A DNA stretch of 64,000 bases, taken from positions 65,716 through 129,715 of IMG/VR virus record IMGVR_UViG_3300044712_000833; one strand, given 5' to 3'. This DNA is from a virus. This document shows positions 10,131 to 18,105 of this stretch, in pieces. Each line of letters starts with the position of its first letter. Position 1 is the first letter of the stretch. The position numbers and the translations under genes were made by a program. A model generated the notes under the pieces. That model did no database searches. It saw nothing but the letters and a program-made list of their open reading frames with translations, and was not told where the DNA came from.

Positions 10131-10535
10131 TTAGAAGGGAATATCTGATTCGTCAGGGGTTTCCACAGGAACTTCTACTTCAGATTGACGAGGGTTTCCA
10201 GAAGCATTTGATCCAAGGAATTGAAAATTACTCATAACAACCTTTGTGAAATACTTTACATCACCATTCTTATCTTCAAACTTATCAGTCTTTAAGCGAC
10301 CTTCAACATAGAGTTGACTTCCCTTATGAACATATTCCTGAATAACATCGCCCAACTTTCCCCAAACTTCAATGTTGAACCATTCGGTTTCTTTTCTGGT
10401 TTCGCCACCCTGAGTCTTGTAAGAATTGTTTACCGCAATGCTGAAAGAAACAACTTTCTTTCCTGAATTAGTATATTTTCCTTCAGGGTCTTTTCCTACA
10501 TTCCCCATTAATTGTACGCGATTTAGATTAGCCAT
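10131..10535 (-). CDS. ssb: single-stranded DNA-binding protein
   Basis: LNRVQLMGNVGKDPE, VEGRLKT, acidic tail DIPF. Confidence 0.97.
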   Translation of the reverse strand: MANLNRVQLMGNVGKDPEGKYTNSGKKVVSFSIAVNNSYKTQGGETRKETEWFNIEVWGKLGDVIQEYVHKGSQLYVEGRLKTDKFEDKNGDVKYFTKVVMSNFQFLGSNASGNPRQSEVEVPVETPDESDIPF

Positions 10536-10550
10536 TTTTATTTAGTCTCC

Positions 10551-11495
10551 TTATACCTTTTTCATTTCATCAAGAACAATTTTTAACTTTTCAAGACTGA
10601 GTTCGTTTGGATTTCCATGTTTTTCAAAAACAAGAGTCTTGTAATCCTTTTCAGGATTAGATTTTACCAACTGAGCAACTTCGCGTTTCACATCAGCCAA
10701 TGTTCGATTATCAGCCAAAACAACAGGTGCTTCATCTGAACCACTGTCGAGCCAATTCATCAAATCTCGACCAACTTGAGGATTAATCTTGAAAGTCTTA
10801 CCGTCCAAGAGTCCAGTACGATCTTTACTTGCTACGGCAGTATGATTGTCATCAATGTCCAAAAAGACAGTGAATTCGTATTCCATACCTTCACGTTGAA
10901 CAGGCTTCAAACCCAACTTGCGAACTCGACTGTTACCGTGTTCGTCTTTCTCTTGAACATACTCCATCTTTGACCGCATGGTTGCGATTAAGTGCATGTT
11001 GCATTGGAGCATCTTGTCAACAAATCGGTTGTGGTCAGGTGTTACTTCTCGCCATGCCGTATAACTATTTCCAGATTTGCTCTTCGTTGCTACAGTATTT
11101 TGCTTTTCAAGCAAACCCCCTTCTCCAGCCCATAGATGAGTAGTGCTGTCAACAATAGCAACTTCAATACCATTGTTTTCGCAAATTTCAATTGCATTGA
11201 TATACTTATCTGCACTAAATGGAGCTGTAAGAGTAATGGCGTTGTATTCGCCAATTTTAGTATTTGCAATCACGGAATTTACATAAAGTTCTCCGCTACC
11301 GTTTTCGGTATCGATAACTGCAATCTTTTCCCAAACTTTTTCGTCAGATAGATTGGGATATTTTTCTTTCATCAAACCAAAAGCCAACAAAAGTGATCCG
11401 GCAGTTTTTCCACCTCCGGCAGGAGCCGTAATGCCCATTTTCAAATAAGCCTTGCGACGAGCGGCTTTCTTCAATTGTAAAACTTGACTATTCAT
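10551..11495 (-). CDS. AAA_24 / Sak4-like recombination ATPase
   Basis: APAGGGKT, IDTENGS, VDSTTHLW, EYEF, KDRT; adjacent to ssb. Confidence 0.85.
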   Translation of the reverse strand: MNSQVLQLKKAARRKAYLKMGITAPAGGGKTAGSLLLAFGLMKEKYPNLSDEKVWEKIAVIDTENGSGELYVNSVIANTKIGEYNAITLTAPFSADKYINAIEICENNGIEVAIVDSTTHLWAGEGGLLEKQNTVATKSKSGNSYTAWREVTPDHNRFVDKMLQCNMHLIATMRSKMEYVQEKDEHGNSRVRKLGLKPVQREGMEYEFTVFLDIDDNHTAVASKDRTGLLDGKTFKINPQVGRDLMNWLDSGSDEAPVVLADNRTLADVKREVAQLVKSNPEKDYKTLVFEKHGNPNELSLEKLKIVLDEMKKV

Positions 11496-11507
11496 TTATC
11501 CTCCAAA

Positions 11508-12005
11508 TTATTTTGTTAGTACTTCAACAATTCTATTTACTTCAATTGTAAAATTTTCATCATCCTCATATAAAACGGTATAATCATTTAAATTTTCATT
11601 TGAATGATATTCTCGTTTTGAAAGATGAATTTTAAAGACCCCGTATTCTTCTTGTAAAAAGGGGACTAAACTCTTAGAAACCCCATGCACAATAAGAACG
11701 AATTTATCAAACGTTTTATTCTCATGAATCTTTACTTCAGAGTCATCATCATTAAATGCTATAATTTTCTCTGCTAAATAACTCTTCTCAAAATCAAATA
11801 GTTCATTATATGAAACCAATTGATCTGATATAAACTTTTCTACTTCTTCTGTCTTATCGCCCTTCCAATAAAAATTCGATTTTAAATTGTTTCTAAGTTT
11901 ATTCTTCGGATTTATATTCCAAATCCATGCCATAGATTCAACTATATCGATGAACTTGTTTTTAGTTTGTGGGTCGCCTGACAGGAGAATTATTGCTTTT
12001 TTCAT
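11508..12005 (-). CDS. hypothetical protein, possibly a degenerate P-loop kinase
   Basis: N-terminal IILLSGDPQTK; strong SD. Confidence 0.6.
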   Translation of the reverse strand: MKKAIILLSGDPQTKNKFIDIVESMAWIWNINPKNKLRNNLKSNFYWKGDKTEEVEKFISDQLVSYNELFDFEKSYLAEKIIAFNDDDSEVKIHENKTFDKFVLIVHGVSKSLVPFLQEEYGVFKIHLSKREYHSNENLNDYTVLYEDDENFTIEVNRIVEVLTK

Positions 12006-12094
12006 TGTTTTCTCCTTTTTTATTTTATTTTTTACTGCGATTTTATCATCTAAAAATCACTTCATTATTATAACCTCCAATTTAATTTTATAGG

Positions 12095-12171
12095 CGCGGG
12101 AGACAGGATTTGAACCCGTATGTGTCCAGTTACCCTTTCAACATGTTAGAAGCATGAGGGGATACACCCGC
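12095..12171 (-). tRNA. non-canonical tRNA-Arg(TCT) lacking a normal D-arm
   Basis: Acceptor GCGGGTG/CTCCCGC, anticodon arm CATG-CTTCTAA-CATG, T-arm ACGGG-TTCAAAT-CCTGT. Confidence 0.75.
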
Positions 12172-12284
12172 AAAATGAGAGTTTAGGATTTCTCACAACC
12201 AGCACATAATTATCCTACGCAAAGTTCGCCAATCTTGCGCTTCGATGAATGTGAAGTTCCGCTTCAACGGCATCCATCTATTTG

Positions 12285-12357
12285 AGCGAACAACGGGGAA
12301 CGATCCCGCAACATCTTGATTGGAAATCAAGTACTCTACCAATTGAGTTATGTTCGC
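12285..12357 (-). tRNA. tRNA-Gly(TCC)
   Basis: Cloverleaf GCGAACA/TGTTCGC, anticodon loop TTTCCAA; atypical T-loop ATCGTTC; no encoded CCA. Confidence 0.9.
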
Positions 12358-12375
12358 ATCTCAATCAATAATATA

Positions 12376-12404
12376 ATTCTACCACAATTTTTTATTCTTG
12401 TCAA
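12376..12404 (-). promoter_or_regulatory. sigma70-type promoter for tRNA-Gly/Arg
   Basis: TTGACA-17-TAGAAT with extended TG. Confidence 0.85.
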
Positions 12405-12414
12405 GTGCTAAAAT

Positions 12415-12446
12415 AAAATTACCAGCCAAACATGACTGGTAATTTT
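12415..12446. terminator. intrinsic terminator hairpin
   Basis: AAAATTACCAG/CTGGTAATTTT inverted repeat downstream of Hsp20. Confidence 0.75.
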
Positions 12447-12472
12447 TAGAACAAGAGAACATTGAAATTAAA

Positions 12473-12826
12473 TTACTTCCAATTAACCTTTACATCAGGT
12501 TTAATTGGTTCATCAAATTAGATGGAAAGAGTTAGAAATCCATTTTCAAGTTGAGAGTCAATTTGTTTAGGGGTTTTTCTAAACAAAAATCGATTGTTGA
12601 CCTTGAATGTCCCAAAAAGATCATCTTCTTTTTCTCCTCGAATAGAGACTGAAGCCGTATATGGATATTCTCCGTCAAGAACTTCAATTGTAAGGTCTTC
12701 TCTAGATAAGCCAGCAACGTTTACTTTCAGAATAACCTTACCGTCTTTTTCTTGCGCCGCATACCCTGATCTTTCAAGAAAAGGTCGTTTAAAATATATT
12801 GAACTGTCAAAAAGTGAAGTGAACAT
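12473..12826 (-). CDS. small heat-shock protein (Hsp20) with an in-frame TAA at 12518-12520
   Basis: VNVAGLSREDLTIEV, IRGEK, LENGFLTLSI; the frame continues FDEPIKPDVKVNWK after the TAA. Confidence 0.8.
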
Positions 12827-12872
12827 ATAACCTCCTAAAGTGAAATGAAATTATCTGTTCTCTTGTTCTTAG

Positions 12873-12946
12873 TGAGTCCGAGAGGGGTCGAACCTCCAAC
12901 TACGATGCTTAAAAGGCATGTCCTCTGCCAATTGAGGTACGGACTC
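12873..12946 (-). tRNA. tRNA-Lys(TTT)
   Basis: GAGTCCG/CGGACTC acceptor, loop CTTTTAA, GGTTCGAC T-arm. Confidence 0.92.
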
Positions 12947-12955
12947 GCTTTTTTG

Positions 12956-13028
12956 TGGGGATGGTAGGATTCGAACCTACGACCAAAGAATTATGAGTTC
13001 CCTGCGCTAACCTCTGCGCCACACCCCC
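12956..13028 (-). tRNA. tRNA with CAT anticodon (Ile2 or elongator Met)
   Basis: GGGGGTG/CATCCCC acceptor, loop CTCATAA, GGTTCGAATCC. Confidence 0.9.
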
Positions 13029-13035
13029 GAATTAT

Positions 13036-13200
13036 CGGTTTTACTGCGGCTCCTCCGCTCTGATCCGCTCAGAGTCTCCCACCGAAAAGTCTTATCGTTA
13101 TCATATCCGATAACGAAAACCGCTAGAATTAATAACGTTCAAAAGAGTTACAAAGACGAAAGTGACTTTGACTATCCTTTCATTACAAACTCTCGTTATT
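13036..13200 (-). ncRNA. candidate structured RNA(s) between tRNA-Trp and tRNA-CAT
   Basis: Nested stems CGGTTTT/AAAACCG, CGTTATC/GATAACG, CTCTGA/TCAGAG and AATAACG/CGTTATT. Confidence 0.45.
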
Positions 13201-13202
13201 AG

Positions 13203-13273
13203 CAGTACCCAAAGGAGTCGAACCTTCACCCTCGGTTTTGGAGACCTAGTGACTACCATTATCTTAGGGTACT
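13203..13273 (-). tRNA. tRNA-Trp(CCA)
   Basis: AGTACCC/GGGTACT acceptor, loop CTCCAAA, GGTTCGACTCC. Confidence 0.88.
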
Positions 13274-13366
13274 AAATAAAATCCATATTTTATAAATTTT
13301 TTGGTTAGATACGAGGAAAGTAGTCAATTCAACTGCATCTCATTACGGACTATTCCACCAAAAAAT

Positions 13367-15280
13367 CTATGAAAACATCTTTACAAAAGTTGTTTTATCC
13401 AAAGACTCTAGTGACAAGTCAATAATCTCTACATCTTCTGGAATATCGCTTCTCTCGTCCACAATCGTTCCTCCAGCAAGTTCGATAATTTCTCGAAGAT
13501 CAATTGTATTAGTTGAAGTCTTCAAAAGAAAATCTCTAATTAATTCTGATTGAGAACCAACACTTGAACTAATCGAATTACCTACAGATGTCATCAAAAA
13601 GTAAACACGAGTCTCTCCGTCCTTATTGGAAATCAGTCCAATTGAATTTTGCTTCTTGTCGATTGTAACATTCTGAGAAAACAAAACATTGTTAGGATTA
13701 ACCATATATCCACCTTCAGTTCTTCGTCCACCTTCAAAGTTTTTACCAACGTTTTCTCTAGCCACGAAAAGTTTGCAGTTTTCAACTTGACCATCAGAGC
13801 GACCCATATTGAACCAGTTAGCCGAAATCAAAGCATCAGACATTCCTTTGAACGAAGAGAAATAAAACATTTCACTTGCCCCATTTGGGCGAGGAGCATC
13901 TGTCATATCGCCGGAGAAAAGAATTGATTTACTAGATGATCGATATTTTGCATCCCAACCATATTTACCCGTAGCGTCAATAATTGAAAAGTCAATATCA
14001 ATTCTTTCATGTGGATTATTGTACCAATGAATACCAACCACCAAGTCATCTGATCCAACCGACACAGAAGTATTTGCAGGAACATTCCCAACAAACTGCT
14101 TTTCTGATTGAGGAAGTGAGTAATTTACATAAGAAGGAATATGAAACACTTTTCCGTCAACATTTTTTGAAATATCTGAAGCGATTGATTGAATGGTGTA
14201 ATTCAAAACTTTTTTAAGTTGGTTTTCATCAAACCAGTCAGAAAATTCAGTAGCAAACCCTTTACCGTTTCGAACACGATAAACGATTGATTCCATTCCA
14301 GAAAGCCGATTCTTTAAAGCATATGCCAAACGAACCTTCCGCCAAACAGAATACTCGGAAATTTTATTCTTAAACTCTCGAATCTTAAATTCTCCATTCT
14401 TCATTTTTCCAGTAATGGAATTCATATAGTCTTCAGGGAGTGGTTTGTGAAGTTTATTCGCCTTCTTTCGAAGATTATTAAAGAACGTCTTATTTTGACT
14501 AATAGACTTCATAGCCAAGAAGAGAGGCTTGTATCTGAAAAAAATAGAAGCTAAATTTTTCGGTGTCTTTTCAAGCAAAGAATCTAATACACGATAATCA
14601 GAACTCTTGATTTTAGAAATCAAATAATTATTTTTGATTACAAGAGATTCTCCAGTTAACTTTGTAATTACAAATCTTAACCAAGCATTAGGTTCTGAAG
14701 GGACAATGTTATAATGATTCATCAATAGAGTACGAAATTCTCTATTCTGAATTTCAGAAACCCATCCTTCTTGATATTTATTTTCTTTTACAACAGTCAT
14801 TAAATCTGTAAGAGTTTGTTTGGAAAGAGCAATTCCAGATGATCCAAGATTTACAACTTCATTTAATACTTCTTCTGCGTTTAAAGATTTAATGAAAACA
14901 AGAGGGATATTATCATATTCTTCTGGAAGATTTAGTTTTTCTGCTGGAATATAAACATAGTTTTCATTATAAACACCAAGAGATTCAAAACCGTATGTGG
15001 TGATATAGTGAAAAATCTGCTCTGCCATCAATTGAATAATCGAAGCGTTTGCCACCTTACCCCAAGTCTTGTGAAAAGATGAATTCAGTTTTTCTCCACC
15101 AATCCCTACAACATCTTCAATTGCAGAAAAAAGAGATTGGTTTGGAATAATTTTAGGATCAAGAATATAACCATTCTTAATCATTCTAAAAATATCATTT
15201 ACATGAAAAACAAACTCAGATTGACTTTCTGTTTGAACCGCGTTAAAAAGTCGAAGTAATGCGATTTCTTTAGTACTCAT
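13367..15280 (-). CDS. 637-aa protein with helical N-terminal region and TerD-like C-terminal domain
   Basis: Long ORF with SD AGGAG; VGIHW..IDIDFS and FSGDMTDAP..GASE resemble TerD motifs (domain call is inference). Confidence 0.7.
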   Translation of the reverse strand: MSTKEIALLRLFNAVQTESQSEFVFHVNDIFRMIKNGYILDPKIIPNQSLFSAIEDVVGIGGEKLNSSFHKTWGKVANASIIQLMAEQIFHYITTYGFESLGVYNENYVYIPAEKLNLPEEYDNIPLVFIKSLNAEEVLNEVVNLGSSGIALSKQTLTDLMTVVKENKYQEGWVSEIQNREFRTLLMNHYNIVPSEPNAWLRFVITKLTGESLVIKNNYLISKIKSSDYRVLDSLLEKTPKNLASIFFRYKPLFLAMKSISQNKTFFNNLRKKANKLHKPLPEDYMNSITGKMKNGEFKIREFKNKISEYSVWRKVRLAYALKNRLSGMESIVYRVRNGKGFATEFSDWFDENQLKKVLNYTIQSIASDISKNVDGKVFHIPSYVNYSLPQSEKQFVGNVPANTSVSVGSDDLVVGIHWYNNPHERIDIDFSIIDATGKYGWDAKYRSSSKSILFSGDMTDAPRPNGASEMFYFSSFKGMSDALISANWFNMGRSDGQVENCKLFVARENVGKNFEGGRRTEGGYMVNPNNVLFSQNVTIDKKQNSIGLISNKDGETRVYFLMTSVGNSISSSVGSQSELIRDFLLKTSTNTIDLREIIELAGGTIVDERSDIPEDVEIIDLSLESLDKTTFVKMFS

Positions 15281-15305
15281 TTTTATACTGTCTCCTATAA
15301 TAAAA

Positions 15306-15617
15306 ATGTGGCGAATGGTAATTAGATTAACAGTCTGTGAAAAGGAACCATTTATGCCACATACTAATAAAACTGGCGGGTGCTATACTTGTGATCTCCA
15401 AAAGGTCATGTTTTAAAGGAAGCACCTTTGCCAAAATTAGTGGAGAGGGCAGGACTCGAACCTGCAACCCAAAGTTCCGGTTTATAAGGAACTGCGTGTG
15501 CGCCTAGCGGGCAGTAAATAAGACTTTTGCTCTGCCAATTGAGCTACCTCCCCAGAAGTTGAGCGAGAACTATATATTCGCAAAAGGTGAAAGTTTAAGG
15601 AAGTTCTTTTGCTCAAC
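15306..15617 (-). ncRNA. array of four copies of a stem/internal-loop RNA motif
   Basis: Consensus GC-AHA-[6-bp stem]-TCCTT...T-[stem']-C-GC at 15558-15617, 15374-15433, 15306-15362 and permuted inside the tRNA-like gene. Confidence 0.85.
15441..15553 (-). tRNA. tRNA-like RNA whose anticodon loop is replaced by a ~47-nt insert; G3:U70 and A73
   Basis: GGGGAGG/CCTCTCC acceptor, GCTC-AATTGGCA-GAGC D-arm, AAAGT/ACTTT stem, GCAGG-TTCGAGT-CCTGC T-arm. Confidence 0.85.
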
Positions 15618-15627
15618 AACAGTATTA

Positions 15628-15656
15628 ATAATACCACATATTTTATATTTTGTCAA
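15628..15656 (-). promoter_or_regulatory. sigma70-type promoter driving the RNA array and 637-aa gene
   Basis: TTGACA-17-TATTAT with extended TG, about 10 nt upstream of the first motif copy. Confidence 0.85.
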
Positions 15657-15663
15657 GGGTATT

Positions 15664-16080
15664 TTACTTTGAATTTAAAGTGATTCTAGTAGAAATTTTT
15701 TCACTTCGTAAACCTAATAGTTTAGGGTTCTCTAACGCCATTCCTTCTAAAGCATCAACATCATATTCTATTTTTCTATCAAGACCTATTCTAATTAGTT
15801 TTGATTTTATTTCACCTTTATCTTTTAAGATAATAGTTTGGGCATAATCTTTAGCATATGCTTCCAGTAATTTCTTTTTTGTTTTTTCTGCTTTTTCAGC
15901 GGTTTCAATTTTTGGATTAAACTCTTCTTCCATATCTTGAATTTCTTGGGCTACTTCAGGATGTTTTTCTAAAATCTTTTGGAGAGCCGTTTCCTTAGAT
16001 GATTTCAAATCTTCCAAAAGATAACGAACATTTCCGTAATCATCCATGATCTGTTGCAATTGCTCTAAACTTGTTGTCAC
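15664..16080 (-). CDS. hypothetical coiled-coil protein (possibly Gam/Gp157-like)
   Basis: Helical charged sequence beside an exonuclease; weak inference. Confidence 0.55.
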   Translation of the reverse strand: MTTSLEQLQQIMDDYGNVRYLLEDLKSSKETALQKILEKHPEVAQEIQDMEEEFNPKIETAEKAEKTKKKLLEAYAKDYAQTIILKDKGEIKSKLIRIGLDRKIEYDVDALEGMALENPKLLGLRSEKISTRITLNSK

Positions 16081-16811
16081 TAAATAACTCCTTCTTCCCT
16101 AAGAACTTTTTCTGGAATCCAATTATAAAAATCTTCTCTATTTGGTGCTGAAGTCATCCATGATGTATCGGGTTTTTCTAACTTCAAACATTCTTTCACA
16201 GTCAACATCTGAGTTTTTAAGTAATTATCTTTTCCAGAATTTGATTTCCATCGAATGTAACCGCTTGATTGAATGTGATTTGCTAACTTTAATGGCTGAA
16301 TCACATCGTACTTGAGATATTCACGAACTGCTGAGTATTCCCCTGACCTCCACAACATCGGGGCTTTGGAGCCGTTCATTTGACTAAACTTAGTTTTATC
16401 ATTTAGTTCAACCTCATGAAGTTTAGTTTCCATCTTTGCACCAATAAGAGCCTTATCTAATCCGAGATAAAAACCTTTTTGGGCAACAACTAGAAACATT
16501 CCATCAATATGATTAAGTGCCAATCTCCCACACTCTTCCAACATTCCAGAGTAAAGAGCAAGTAATCGTAGATCAAAGTGGAGTCCGTTCCAAGTAAATA
16601 AAGTAAACCCCTCATTTACTTTCTTCTGTAAATCTAAAACAAGGTTTTGAGCTTTTACTTTAGACATATGAGGAACATCATCATAGTAATGGACATTTTC
16701 ATAATCCGTACAAAAAGCCGCTACTGAAGGAGTAATTTTTGATAAATCAACATTTTCTCCTTCAGGTAAGTCTTCGTAAATTTCAATATCGTAACTTAAG
16801 AATTCTTTCAT
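16080..16811 (-). CDS. RNase H-fold 3'-5' exonuclease
   Basis: SYDIE, TWNGLHFD, YLKYDV (ExoI-III). Confidence 0.8.
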   Translation of the reverse strand: MKEFLSYDIEIYEDLPEGENVDLSKITPSVAAFCTDYENVHYYDDVPHMSKVKAQNLVLDLQKKVNEGFTLFTWNGLHFDLRLLALYSGMLEECGRLALNHIDGMFLVVAQKGFYLGLDKALIGAKMETKLHEVELNDKTKFSQMNGSKAPMLWRSGEYSAVREYLKYDVIQPLKLANHIQSSGYIRWKSNSGKDNYLKTQMLTVKECLKLEKPDTSWMTSAPNREDFYNWIPEKVLREEGVI

Positions 16812-17544
16812 TATAAAATAATCCAGTCTAGAATTCTAATATTGGGATTCTTAACCATAACCATATCTTTATTGTAGGTCTCCAGATAATACATGTATTT
16901 ATTTTCCAAATCATCGGTGTTTTGAATAACTTCAATTGCTCCACTAGGAAGTTGAACTGCTACAACAATCAATCGAACATTAACCTTTTCAGAATAATCT
17001 TGAGTAAATTTCATTTTAAGAGACATGTGTTCCCTCCAATTTTGGATAACTTGCTACAAAGTCTATAATGTAAATAATAGGAGTTTGATTCGTTTTTTCA
17101 AACCGCGTTTCGTTTTTGATTCTCAATGTAACTCCCATAGGAACCGAACCAGAGTTCATATTTTGTAGCTTTGTTTTTAAACAGTTCTCACTACAGTAAA
17201 TATATCTAGACTCTTTACCATCAAGTCTAGCAAGTAATTCAGCCCGACTTGGTAGGAATTTGTAAAACAAAGAGGAGCAATTTGGGCATTTTTCAAGGGT
17301 CTCGGTTAGTTTCAATTTGGCTTCCTCTTATTTCCAAGAGCCAGTCTTAATTGATTCTCAAGGTAGTTTGCTTCTTTGTTACAGTAATCTCGGATAAACC
17401 CCCTATTATACATTGCTTCAAGTCTATACTCTGAAATCAGGGTGTTAATTTTAGATGTCATATTCCTGATCCTCCAGTTGTTTTTGTTTGGATTTTTAGA
17501 AATAACATTTAAATAATGTCGAATTGTAATATCCATGTTTTCTC

Positions 17545-18105
17545 CTAAGCGTAATATGTAAAACCATTTTCATTAAGCAACTGACGAACAGATGACTTAA
17601 ACATTTTTTCGAACATTCTTTTGTAATTTTTGGCAAACATCCAGCTATTTATAAGTGAAATATCAACTAACGAACTAGAAATAAAATCCACGTATTTTGT
17701 GTATCCAGACATAAATAAAATCCCAGTTTTATCCATAAAATCATAAATGGACTCCTGAGAAGATGACATTACCCCACAAGAAGCAAGATGGAGTCCAAAC
17801 CCTTGAAATCTCCTTCCCATCATAACAGCAAGATCATTCAGAGTCACTTCAAATTCTGTATACATGCCCGTATGAATTTTTTCAGGATCGCCATGTAAAG
17901 CCAGATACAACAAAGAAAAGTTCCTTGTGGGAACGTTGTTTAAAATATATTTCATTTCCTCTGGTGTGTAGAAGAATTTATAGTAATTTTTCGTACCATG
18001 AAAATCTGAAACAAATCTCAGTATCGGTTGCATACTCGCGTTTTCTGAATTACTACCATCCCAAGATTCCAAGCTAATGATCCCTTTTGTTGTTCTTTTC
18101 TTCAT
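17545..18105 (-). CDS. caspase/CHAT-like fold protein
   Basis: LYLALHG and LHLASC His/Cys motifs, SGYTKYVD. Confidence 0.55.
   Translation of the reverse strand: MKKRTTKGIISLESWDGSNSENASMQPILRFVSDFHGTKNYYKFFYTPEEMKYILNNVPTRNFSLLYLALHGDPEKIHTGMYTEFEVTLNDLAVMMGRRFQGFGLHLASCGVMSSSQESIYDFMDKTGILFMSGYTKYVDFISSSLVDISLINSWMFAKNYKRMFEKMFKSSVRQLLNENGFTYYA

Noticed and set aside
12215-12277. Small ORF MDAVEAELHIHRSARLANFA as a tmRNA-like tag
   Set aside because: No SD, no tmRNA framework, and only a superficial C-terminal resemblance.
38-12520. Stop-codon reassignment (in-frame TAG at 494-496, TAA in Hsp20)
   Set aside because: Long conserved genes are uninterrupted in the standard code, all three stops end genes normally, and no suppressor tRNA is seen.
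15441-15553. tmRNA or group I/BHB intron-containing tRNA
   Set aside because: Too short for tmRNA or a group I intron, has a full D-arm and no tag ORF, and I see no clear BHB; the insert instead matches the neighbouring repeat motif.
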